NCBI GenBank assembly: GCA_963514005.1
Contig: OY740804.1
Span: 19,406,001-19,470,000 of the forward strand
Direction: 5' to 3'
Length of the DNA: 64,000 bases
Source: Raja brachyura
Lineage: Eukaryota
Shown: in pieces, positions 39,516-49,967 of the stretch
Layout: each line of letters starts with the position of its first letter
Position numbering within the stretch: position 1 is the stretch's first letter
Translations under genes and position numbers: made by a program
Notes under the pieces: generated by a model
Seen by the model: the letters and a program-made list of their open reading frames with translations, nothing else
Databases searched by the model: none
Told to the model about the DNA's origin: nothing

Positions 39516-40701
39516 AGAAGTCATGGGTTTAAGGGCATGAATGGGAGATTTAGAAGTAATTGGAAGAGGATATTTCACCCGAAAGCAATAGAAATCTGCA
39601 ATGCATTGCCTGAGGGGGTGTTAGAGGCAGAGACTTTCACAACAATTATTTACATGAACACTTGAATCACCAAGTATGGAAGGCAAAGAGTGAACTGCTT
39701 GAAAATAAGTCAGAGTCAGGTTCTTGATGACAGGTTCCGACATGATGATCCGAAGAGCCCGTTTCTGAGCCAAATTACTCTTTGACCCTTTCAAACATCT
39801 CTCTTGATTCTGCCTCTCATTGAGGATCTCTAATTGCCTTATTACATTTCTTTAAGAATACATTCTTGTATATTTCACATTGCTGATGAAAGGTTAAGTG
39901 TAGCTCTTTAAATAACAAGGACCCGTTTGCTACCTTCCAATCGGTGGTAATCATTCTGGATGTTGGAAGGTAAAACCCACTATTTCCATGCCCACCTTCT
40001 CCAAATATTTGAGGTGCAGGTCGTCGGGCCCTGGAGTTTTATATTTTTCCGTTCCTATTAGATTCTCCGATAACAAGTTTCTATTCACGTTCATTTATTT
40101 CAACTCCCTCGTACGCCCCAGGCCTGCGATTCTGCACCATTTCTGGAGGCTTTTCTGTGGCTAAAGGCATCACAAAATATTTATTTTCTTTCCCTGCTAT
40201 TTACTTATTCCCAGACATAGTTTCTCCTGTCTCAGTCTGTGAGGGTCCTACATCAACAGTAGCCAATCTTTTCCTCCTGGTATATCTATAGGACTTCTCG
40301 TAACCAGTCTGAAGAAGGGTCTCAATCCAAAATGCCATCCATTCCTTCTCTCCAGAGACACTGCCTGTCCCGCTGAGTTACTCCAGCTATTTATGTCTAT
40401 CTATAGGACTTCACGCAGTTTGTTATTTCTTCCTCGATACTCTTTTATGCTATTTCCCCTTTCTTCATCAATGACGTAATCCTTTGCTGAATTCTGAAAT
40501 GTTTCCAAACTTCCTCATATTTTGGCCTTTCATTTGATCTGAAATGTATAACTGCCTGAAGCACCTACTATGTTCTGGGATGCGTATCATTACAACCACC
40601 TGCTAAGTCTATATAAGTGAGTCATTACTGACTTCAGCCATCCATCTTAGTAATTTCCCAGTCTACCAGTGTATCTCACGGTACGTGCTTTCATGGTTTG
40701 T

Positions 40702-40707
40702 TTTATT
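40702..40707 (-). terminator. Candidate polyadenylation signal of the SLAM-like gene
   Basis: AATAAA on minus strand about 205 nt downstream of the predicted stop. Confidence 0.4.
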
Positions 40708-40911
40708 CACATGTATTCAAAGTTACAGAGGGTTGCAGTCGGTCTGACAGAGAAACTGGGAAGCCCATCACAGCACAATCAGCGCTACGTTTCACCTGCT
40801 GGGATCTTGCTGTGTACCATCCTCTACGAAATGTTCACAACTGCCTTTCAGTCCAGGAATGGTCCCTTTGTTTTTCAGGAGCATTGGTTAGGTACAGGAT
40901 CTTTCCTGGTC

Positions 40912-41157
40912 CTAATCCCCTATCGGCATCTCCCTCCCTATCTTCCACCCTTTTTGACCTTCCTGTTCACTTTCCCCCCCATGTTGTGTGATGGGGAAAG
41001 GCAAGGTGGGAGCAAGGAGAGGTGGGATGGGGAGGAAGATGGACGTTGGAGAGGAAGAGAGGGAGAGTGGGAGGTAGGATGGGGAGAAGAAAAGACATAA
41101 GACGTGGTCATTCAGCTTTGTGAAGTCTGCCTCCAGTTCCGGGGACAGGGTGGGAGC
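40912..41157 (-). CDS. CD2/SLAM-family Ig receptor, putative terminal exon 6 (APTLSPELEADFTKL...PIGD*)
   Basis: 91-nt intron with CTGAC branch point and ctttctcccctctgtttccccacAG acceptor; phase 0 matches ORF 40912..41208; AATAAA on minus strand at 40707-40702. The true C-terminus is less certain. Confidence 0.6.
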   Translation of the reverse strand, partial: APTLSPELEADFTKLNDHVLCLFFSPSYLPLSLSSSPTSIFLPIPPLLAPTLPFPITQHGGESEQEGQKGWKIGREMPIGD

Positions 41158-41248
41158 CTGTGGGGAAACAGAGGGGAGAAAGGTCAGTGCACCCTGCGAG
41201 GTATCCAAAGCATAAATTCATCAGTCATTGTGGTCAAGACCCACTCAC

Positions 41249-41283
41249 TGCTGATGGCAACTCAGTGCTGGTACTCGGCTTAT
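41249..41283 (-). CDS. CD2/SLAM-family Ig receptor, exon 5 (cytoplasmic mini-exon NKPSTSTELPSA)
   Basis: tttcttacAG acceptor, 35 nt, GTGAGT donor, phase 1/0, open in the frame continuing from exon 4. Confidence 0.7.
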
Positions 41284-41693
41284 CTGTAAGAAATCGCTGT
41301 CACTCCTCCTCTCTTCAAATCTCTGTAATGTCTAACGGACTTTAGATCCCCCTCTCCTGGGTTCTAGAACCTCATCTCCTGTGTCCTCCACTTTTCTACA
41401 GTCCCAGTCACTGCGACCCTCTCTCCCCTTGGTCACCTTGTCCCTCACTCCCCGCGGTTGCTATATCCTGTCAACACCCCATTATCCCAGTCTCTACCCC
41501 TCTATCAGTCTATTACCCAGTCCGTTGCTGGTCTCTATAGACCCCTGATAGTGTGAGATGAGAAGTGAGGGAATGCAGAGTACAGAGACTCGGGACAGGG
41601 TTATAAATACCACTTACGCCAATCTCCCCCTCACTATTAATGATACCCCAGAAAAGCAGACTTTTACTGGAAACACGTAAAACCAGGACTCAC

Positions 41694-41792
41694 TGATGAT
41701 GTGGACGGCAGCCATGACTGAGAGAAGACATAGGAGCAGGACGGCAGCAATTATGGCCCTCGGCCGACATCCACAGAGATAGCTTCTCTCCC
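41694..41792 (-). CDS. CD2/SLAM-family Ig receptor, exon 4 (transmembrane; GERSYLCGCRPRAIIAAVLLLCLLSVMAAVHII)
   Basis: Pyrimidine tract plus cactAG acceptor, 99 nt, GTGAGT donor, phase 1/1; 21-aa hydrophobic stretch; exon boundaries conserved in the paralogous copy at 24937-25035. Confidence 0.88.
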
Positions 41793-42022
41793 CTAGTGAA
41801 AGAGAGAGAATGACGTTGTAAAATTGGCCCTGGGGATTGTCCAGCAAACTCAGTGACAACTCGGGCTCCTCACTCCATGACAGACTGACATCAAATACCT
41901 GTGACAACACTGTCTGATCACACAATCCAAGGGCATGGGTTAGACATAGCGTGAACCCCAACTGCACTGTCCCCTTAAATATTCCCTGTCCTCTCCTAAC
42001 CCAATTTCACATTGACACTCAC

Positions 42023-42304
42023 CAAACATTGTCTGCTTACAGACGTCCTTCAGCCGAATCTCTGCCGTGCCTTCACTGACCGGGTTCGTGGCCTCACACT
42101 TGTACACAACGTCTCCGACCTCTGCTGTGTGATGAACCTCTACCGTCTCTCCGTGTCCCCTGAGGCGATGGGTGCTGTCGTTTCCCACAGCTTCTCCTCC
42201 CCTCCACCACCTGAAGCTGGTGGGGTCGCTGGAGATCACAGAGCAGGTCAGGGTGCAGATCCTGGTGATGTTCTGAACCACGATGTGTGTTCCTGACACG
42301 GGCT
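42023..42304 (-). CDS. CD2/SLAM-family Ig receptor, exon 3 (IgC2 domain)
   Basis: caatctcAG acceptor, 282 nt open, GTGAGT donor, phase 1/1. EPVS...CTLTC...W...YKCEATNPVS...DVC gives four Cys and the CxxxNPVS motif of SLAM C2 domains; N-glycosylation sequons NIT and NDS. Confidence 0.92.
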
Positions 42305-42899
42305 CTGAGATTGGAACGGAGAGATGAAAGATGAGTAAAGGAGATCTTGTGAACCCAAGGATCCCTAATTCCTATCACCATCAGCCTTGGGTGAAGAATT
42401 TGGGAATTCTCCCCATTTTCAGGTTTTCCTTTCACTTCCGCGAGTGGTCTCAGTGTCCTTTATTCACCCGAGTGTGCTGCAGCTTGGACCTTCCTTGGTT
42501 CTGGCCCAAAGACAACAGCCCTGGGATTGTGATCAGCACTAACCAAGACAGGGATTGTGTGCAGTGTCCTCGAATGAATTGACACAATGCAGATCCTGGG
42601 TCACACCCAGCTCTGCCCATAGAGACATTAATTATCTCACAGAATGGATGTGCAATCAGGAAATTAATTCAGGGATCTAGAGCAACAACTTCACTTTCAC
42701 TGAAAGACATAGATGAACAACGTAGCTGACAGCAAACAAATCACGAGGATCCGGAGATAACAAACTGAGGCACTTAACTGCTCACCAAAATAGGCTCAGA
42801 CCTTGATGAGATAACCCTTTTCTTTTTCCTTTTCACAGTGTGTGAATATTTCATGATTCCACGAGTACATTATTACATTTACCACAATTCAGAAGATTT

Positions 42900-44600
42900 T
42901 TAATCAGCAAACTTCAAATGATAATCCAATTATAATTATCTTGGAAGTACTTGAGCCCCTTTGGCACACTTCATTCTCAGAATGTTTTCCAAGTGCGCTC
43001 TGATAAAGGTGATCCCTCTCCGAGGGCACATGGGCACGGATAAAACCCAGTAGAGGGGCGACCAGTCGCTTGGACAGTGCTCTCAACTCCACTCCCCCTG
43101 GACCCATGAAATGCCACTTTGGACAGGCCAAGAAATGGATTACCTGACTAATCCACCTCCCTCTGCACTGTGTACCCAGAGAATGGTGCTGAAGTGCAAC
43201 CAAAACTTGAGGAGCAGATCCTTCAAATATTTTATCAGGGTCTGCAACCTCTCATCTCCATAAACATGTAGAACACCATCTTCTCCAGACTTTGAAAGTG
43301 GAGGGAGGCTGGCGAATCCATGAACTGGCTTAAAGGTCTGGTACACGACAAAGCTCTGTGTAATTCTCCAGCCCAGGTCGCCACTCCTCCACTTGTGACC
43401 CCATTCTCTCTATTGGATGGCAGGACACACCACCATAGCATATCCAAATGGCACTTGAGGGCAAGGAAATAGAGCATGCAGGAGCAACCTGTACAGGGAA
43501 CAGTATTTCTGAGAAACATTTCATATTGTGTGGGTCTGACTCCTGAGAAAAGATCCAGGAGTTGGATACAATGTGCTAATAAACATTAGACAATAGACAA
43601 TCGGTGGAGGAGTAGGCCATTCGGCCCTTCCAGCCAGCACCGCCATTCAATGTGATCATGGCTGATCATCCCCAATCAGTACCCCGTTCCTGCCTTCTCC
43701 CCATATCCCCTGACTCCGCTATTTTTAAGAGCCCTATCTCGCTCTGTCTTGAAAGCATCCAGAGAACCTGCCTCCACCGCCCTCTGAGGCAGAGAATTCC
43801 ACAGACTAATCTGGCGAAGCAGGGATCAGCGCAGTCAGCATTGCTCCACTCCTGTTAGGTCCCTGGATGTTCTTTGTGACAGAATGTCTACAGACTTTAG
43901 CTACGAGTTCCAAGTGCTTACTCTGTCACTGTCCTGTCTGTCTCTTCCTCTGGCCACCCTCACAGCTGAAGTGCTTTCTCTTGCTGTGCAAGAATGCTCT
44001 GGCTGAAGGCAACCATTTTCCAAACTCTTAATAAGTTAGAAGAACCAAGCAAGTCCCGCAGAGTGACTTGGCTGCTGCTCATCACTGGGATCTACACTCC
44101 TCCTGAAGACAGTGTTCCTGGCCGAACATATATGTTACCAGCACCCACCATCTGGGAGGATGTTCAATGTGAAGGTACTTCTGCAAGTGCAAAGACCTAG
44201 AGTCACCACGTGGGTACAGTCACACACCATTGACTGACCGAACTTCTAAAGAGGAGACTCAGAGCCCCGCAGCAGAGAAACAGTCTTTCCTGTTGCCCCA
44301 GAAGAAATCCACCAACATCCTCTGGTTCTTGGCAGCAAAGGTAAAAGTCAGGGCTAAAATGACCAATCGGTAGCACAACATGAAGGTAACCAACTGGTGT
44401 ATGTCTGGGTAAGTAAACAATTAGAGTAGCCTGGATCTGCACCCTAGCCAGGCAATGACTTTCATCTCCAAGCCCGGCTAGTTCACTGGCCAGATTTTTT
44501 CATTGGGGCTCAGATAGATTTGGGAAAAGGGGTGCATGGTGCTCAAACAATAGGTTGTATCTCCTCCAGCATATCACTGATCTACCAAGAGTCTGATCCC
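42900..44600 (-). mobile_element. Old Tx1-clade remnant in intron 2, interrupted by a CR1 3' end (about 43585-43805)
   Basis: YLKDLLLKFWLHFS matches the 25-27 kb Tx1 copies. Confidence 0.65.
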
Positions 44601-45195
44601 TGGATTAGACCATCCTGAGTTAGATTCAGACTACATTGGAAGCAACAGGCACATTTCTGTTCATTGGATCACACAGCACAGAAACAGGCCCCTCAACCCA
44701 CTATGTCCATTCTTGTCATGGGTAGCTATCTATACTAATCCCAATGATCTGGACTTAGTTAACATCTAAGCCTTGACGATCCCATCTAAATTTCTTACCC
44801 CTATCTTCTCCACAGGCAAAGTTTCCCACTACCTACCAGATATGTCTCATAATTTTGGAAGTTTTGCACTCATCCTCCACTATTCCAAGGATAATTCAGC
44901 ATATCCAGTCTCTCACTGTTGCATTTTACCAAGAGCTCCCCTCTCCCCCATTGTCAATGCAGAACGCTCTGCCCTCAGGAGAGGCCTGATCTTATCCCCC
45001 CACATCCACATCTCAGTCTGAGGAAGGGTCCCGACCCGAAATGTTGCTCAACCTTTTTTTTCCAGAGATGCTGCCTGACCCGCTGAGTTACTCCAGCACT
45101 CTTCAGCGGGAAGGTACGGGATCTGCCCCATCCACTAATTAACGCTGTTTCGGGAGCCAGAGAAACTCGGACCCCTCCACAACAGTCTCACTCAC

Positions 45196-45516
45196 CGTAC
45201 ACCTCCAGTCGGATTCCTGACAGAATTTCAGTTCCTGAACGTGTAATAACTGTCACCTCATAATCACCAGCATCCTCTCTCCAGAGATCACGGATTTCCA
45301 GACTTAAACTCTTGGGATGAAAAGTCATCCGTCGCACGTACTCCTCAGTTCCGAAGAATGCAATATTCCCCTTTGAGAATCCCATTATTTTGCTTCTGAG
45401 AGATGTTTTCCTCCACTCAATCTTGCCAATGTCCAGTCCACCTGCAATCTCAGGAGATAAGGAGATCGAGTGCCCCAGTGCTCCATTCACAGTGGGAGGG
45501 AGATCCTCAGTCCCAG
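45196..45516 (-). CDS. CD2/SLAM-family Ig receptor, exon 2 (IgV domain without cysteines)
   Basis: cttccttAG acceptor, 321 nt open, GTGAGT donor, phase 1/1. VNGALGHSISL...IEW...SLEIRDLWREDAGDYEV...LEVY is a V-set fold lacking the canonical disulfide, typical of CD2/SLAM N-terminal domains. Confidence 0.92.
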
Positions 45517-46499
45517 CTAAGGAAGCAAGAGAGGCAGTCAGCAGAAGAGCTCTATGACTAGAGGAGGAGGAGCTAGGAGAGTCAATGAGCACAGGAGCAG
45601 GTCATGTGGCCCATCGCCTGGCTCCTGGCTCCCGGCTCTGTGAGAGACCGGCCCACAGTTCTTACATCACACAGTGAGCCAAAGGGAGGAACAGAGTGAA
45701 GATTCTCCACACCCAGGCCTGAGGAAGGGAGTTACAGCCTACAGCCAGATATCCATCGATGGGTAGGGGGCCATAGATGGGCCTCCGTTCGGAAAAGGGT
45801 AGTTGCATTGGGGAAGTTGAACATTACGAGAAAATGGGGTAAGTGGAAAGAGATGGGCATTATGAAGCTTTCCACTAATAATATCTCATGAACTTTCTTT
45901 ACTCCCCCCACTCCGCCACTTCACCGATTTCTATTTTAAATATCCTCTATATTTACCATACCCCTGAAGCCCTCACCTGCTTTCAATTCTCTGTAGCTGT
46001 CATTTACTCTTTGACTTTCTTTATCCAGCCTTTGATATTTTTGACATCCAGAGTTCATTGCCTTTCACCCAATGGGAACGTTAGACCTGAACTCTCATTA
46101 TTTCACTTCTGAATGATTCCCACTTGTAACACCACACAAGTTGCTCCCAGTGTAGTTTTGCCAGATCCAATCTCATGATATTGAAATCACATTCCCCAAT
46201 CTGTATTCCTTCCCATAACCATCAAAAAAACGTACAGTCTTTTGGTGACTGTTAAAGCTCCCCTGGACTCACTTTAAAAGCTACCCACATCTTTGCCTTT
46301 CACACCAATAAGATCTCAACAATGCTGGAGAAGATGAAATCCCATCTGACAAGGAGGCCCATGGCAACTGGGATCAAGCAAATCCCTGAGATATATTAGA
46401 GTGCGCTGAAGCGGGAAATCAGGGGGCAAAAAAAGGACATGAGCAAGCTCTCGGCAGACAATCATGGAAATTCATATATAATCAAACTATACCCGAGGA

Positions 46500-47680
46500 C
46501 GGCAAAGAGAAAAATATTAGTGGGCCGAATATAGTTCTTAGCTTTATAGCATTACAGTTTCAGAGAAAATGTCCAATGTCCACAATAAGACAGGCTGGAG
46601 GCATGGGATTGCACCCTAGTTTATGGGAGAATTATTCCAATGTTTGATAACAGAGGGGAAGAAGCATTACAAAGGAAAGAAAAAAATAAAATTTACTCTA
46701 AATTGTAATCCTTACTTATTTTACATTTTAATCATTTTACATTATAATCCTTAATTATTTTACATTTTAAGGCTTTTTTGAAACTCAACAGAGAGCTACA
46801 AAATTTCCATAATAAGAGCCCGTTCCATAATTTGACTCCCAAAACTGAGACACATCTATATTTTACATTGGTTCTCACTGTATATGTTTCAAAAATACAC
46901 AACCCTCTTAAATTATAATGTCCGTCTCTTAATTTAATTAGTTTTTAATACTAACAGGAAGGCTTTTATTCCTAACTTGGAAAAGTATTTCTAATGTGTT
47001 TACATGAGCAATATCCAAAAATGTTAAGGTACGAATGATGGATTCGTAGTTTCATGGTATGAAGCTTTATGTATTATTCTAAAAGCTCTTTTCCGGAGTT
47101 TAATTATAGGGTCTATCTTTGTTTGATATACATTTCCCCAAATACAATATGATATATATGGCATTATAAGCGAGCAATATAATATATACAAACACTTCTT
47201 ATTCAACAGATCCTTTGTTTTGTAAAGAATAGCAATGGATTTAGATAATTCCCATTTGATGTATTCTATATGTGGCTTCCAACAAAGTTTATGATCTATA
47301 ATTACTCCCAGGAATTTTGTTTGATGTACTCTTTCAATTTAAACTCCATTTAAATTCAATTTTATTTCACAATTAACCCTGTCACCACCAAACACCATAG
47401 ATTTTGTTTGATTTTCATTAAGGGATCATTTATAAATATCAAACCATTTTTTTAGCACTATCAATTCTCTTTCTGCTGTTTTCAATAGTTCTTTTATATC
47501 ATTCCCCAGAACAAAATACATTTGTATCATCCGCAAATGTAACAAACTTCAACGTATTGGATACTTTACAAATATTATTTAAATAAAGTATAAATAGGTC
47601 CCAGTACTGAACCTTGTGGAACACCACAGGTTACTCTTCTAAGCTGTGATTCAGTATTATTAATTTTTAATGAGTACAAT
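46500..47680 (-). mobile_element. L2/Crack-like LINE RT fragment in intron 1
   Basis: GVPQGSVLG (about 47625), FADDT (about 47530), LYILYCSLIMPYISYC. Confidence 0.75.
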
Positions 47681-48417
47681 AACAAGTACAATAACAATAT
47701 TGAAAAGACATTTGGACATGTATGTGGATAGGAAATGTTTAGTGAGGTAATGGAAAGTCACGGGCAAATGGGTGACACATCATGGTCAGCATAGACGAGT
47801 TTGACTGAAAGGGCCTGTTTTCATGCTGTATGATTATGACATCAGTAGACCCAGCATTAATTCCTGTGTGTACACAGCTAGTCACAAACCTCCAATCTGA
47901 AAAGTAGCTCTTTGCTCCCACCAGCTAACTCCTTTTTACATAACAACTAGAAATCCATTTGGTTAGCTGACCTTGACTTCCATGTGATCTAAACCTCTGG
48001 ACTTACCTACTATACAGGACCATGTGAAAGGCCTTGTTAAAGTCCATTCAGACAACGGCCACCACCCTGTCCTCATTTTGGTGACCTCTTAAAAAAAATT
48101 GAGAGATGTGATTACCCACACACACAGCCAGGGTGACCCTATTCAGTCCTGCTGACTATTGGGATGCCAATTATAAATCTATGTGCAAGGTCCCCGAAAG
48201 GTCTACGAAGAAGAAAAACCCACATGGATTCATTCAAAGAGCCTTCTATGGTATGCTCCCTCAGTGGACCCCTGAACTAATATTGCAATCTGCTCCTCTT
48301 TTAAATCCTCCTTCCCCATCACGCTTGAAGAGTTTAGTTCCAGTTCTGGAAAATAGAAATAAATCCACTCAGAGAGGGGGAAATGAAATAAAATGACTCG
48401 CTCAGAATGAAACTCAC

Positions 48418-48472
48418 GGATTGAGCCGGGGAGAGACAGCCAGAAGCAGATGAGCAGGCACCAAACATCCAT
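48418..48472 (-). CDS. CD2/SLAM-family Ig receptor, exon 1 (signal peptide MDVWCLLICFWLSLPGSI)
   Basis: ATG at 48472; 55 nt hydrophobic leader followed by GTGAGT donor (48417-48412); phase 1, compatible with exon 2. Confidence 0.85.
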
Positions 48473-48654
48473 CTTTTTCTCAGCAACCAGTGTGAAGTAG
48501 ACACCTGATCTGTCCCGATAGACACCTTCTCTCTTCAGTAAAGTTGTCAAACTCCTGGACTCACACAAGGATGGAATTGGTGCAGTGGAGCAATGGGAGA
48601 GAGGACAGAGGGCGACTTCTCTCAGTCTCAACGCCCTTCCTATCCCGCTGCTTC

Positions 48655-48735
48655 TGTGCAAGTGAAACAATTGAGAGAGATGGACAGGAAGTCAGTGTGG
48701 GAGGAGGCAAGTTCACAATAGAAGCCACAAAGCAG
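48655..48735. promoter_or_regulatory. Candidate proximal promoter of the SLAM-like gene (ETS and IRF/PRDM1-like motifs)
   Basis: ACAGGAAGT (48684-48692) and AAGTGAAA (48660-48667) in non-repeat sequence about 200 nt upstream of the ATG; motif matches only. Confidence 0.4.
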
Positions 48736-48899
48736 TGGTAGACACAACATAGTTCAAGGGTGGGCAGAGTCTCTCAATTCGAGTACTGTTTCTTCTTGTT
48801 CTGGTGGCTCTCCTCATCTCACCTGGCACATCCCAAATGCTGATCCATATCACAGCCACCTAGTGAACTAAGGCTGGTTTATCTCAGCCCCCCCCCCCC

Positions 48900-49770
48900 T
48901 CAGCCTTGACACCCACCATGATAACATGCTTTGAGAGGCTGGTTATGGAACACATTAAGTCCAGTCTACCAAGCAGCCATGACTCACTACAGTTCGCCCA
49001 TTGCCACAAGAGGTCTATGGCTAATGCCATCTCTCTGTCCCTACACTAATCCCAGGAACAACTGGGTAAGAGAGACACCCAATTCAGACTTCTATTCAGA
49101 TACTACAGCTCTGCTTTTAATATCATTCTCCCATCCGAGCTCATCACCAAACTTGCGGAACTTGGAGTCAGCACTAATCACTGCAAATGCATCCTGGAAT
49201 TCCTGACCAACAGCCCCCAATTAGTGAGGTTATGGGACAAATCATCCTCTATGATAATCCTGCATTATTAGCCCCCTTCTTTAATCCTTATGTATCCATG
49301 ACTGTGCAACAAAGTACAAATTCAATTCAATTTACAAACTAGAAGACGACACCACCATAGTGGGCCTTGTATCAAATAATGATGTGACGGGATACAGGAA
49401 TGAAATTGAGAATCCCATGACCTGTGGTCAAGATAACAACTTTTCTCCCAATGTTACTAAGGCAAAGGAGAAAGTGATTGACTTCAGGAAATGAAGCGGT
49501 GCACACACCCAGGTATACATTGATTGTGCTGAAGTAGAGATGGTTGAAATTTTCAAGTCCCGAGGAGTAAATATCACCTGCAACTTGTCCTGGACTAGCC
49601 ATATCAAAACAATGGCCAAGAAAACATACTAACACCTCTACTTCCTTTGAAGGCTTCGGAACCGCTCACCAACTGCCACTGAAGTGCCGTAGAAAGCATT
49701 TTATCAGGATGCATCACAGAACGGTTTGGAAACAGCTTCATCCAAGACGGCAAGAAATTGCAGAGAACCC
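48900..49770 (+). mobile_element. Decayed Rex1/Babar LINE
   Basis: Collinear with the better-preserved Rex1 at 60.1-61.5 kb. Confidence 0.7.
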
Positions 49771-49967
49771 TCCAGTTTTCCGGCACCTCACCCATGACTA
49801 ACAATGATGCATAAATCTCATCCAGGGCTCCTGCAATTTCTTCTCTAGCTTACTATTGTTCTTGGATATATCGGATCAGGCCCTGAAGATTTATTTACTT
49901 TCATACATTTTAACATGTCAAGTACCTTCTGTAATGTCCAAGACATCCGCTTTAACTTTTCTGAGTT

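Noticed and set aside
42023-45516. Assignment to CEACAM (also has a Cys-less N domain and NPVS) or to a specific SLAMF/CD48/CD58 symbol
   Set aside because: The four-Cys C2 (CxxxC plus terminal Cys) favours CD2/SLAM; orthology cannot be resolved by eye, so no symbol is given
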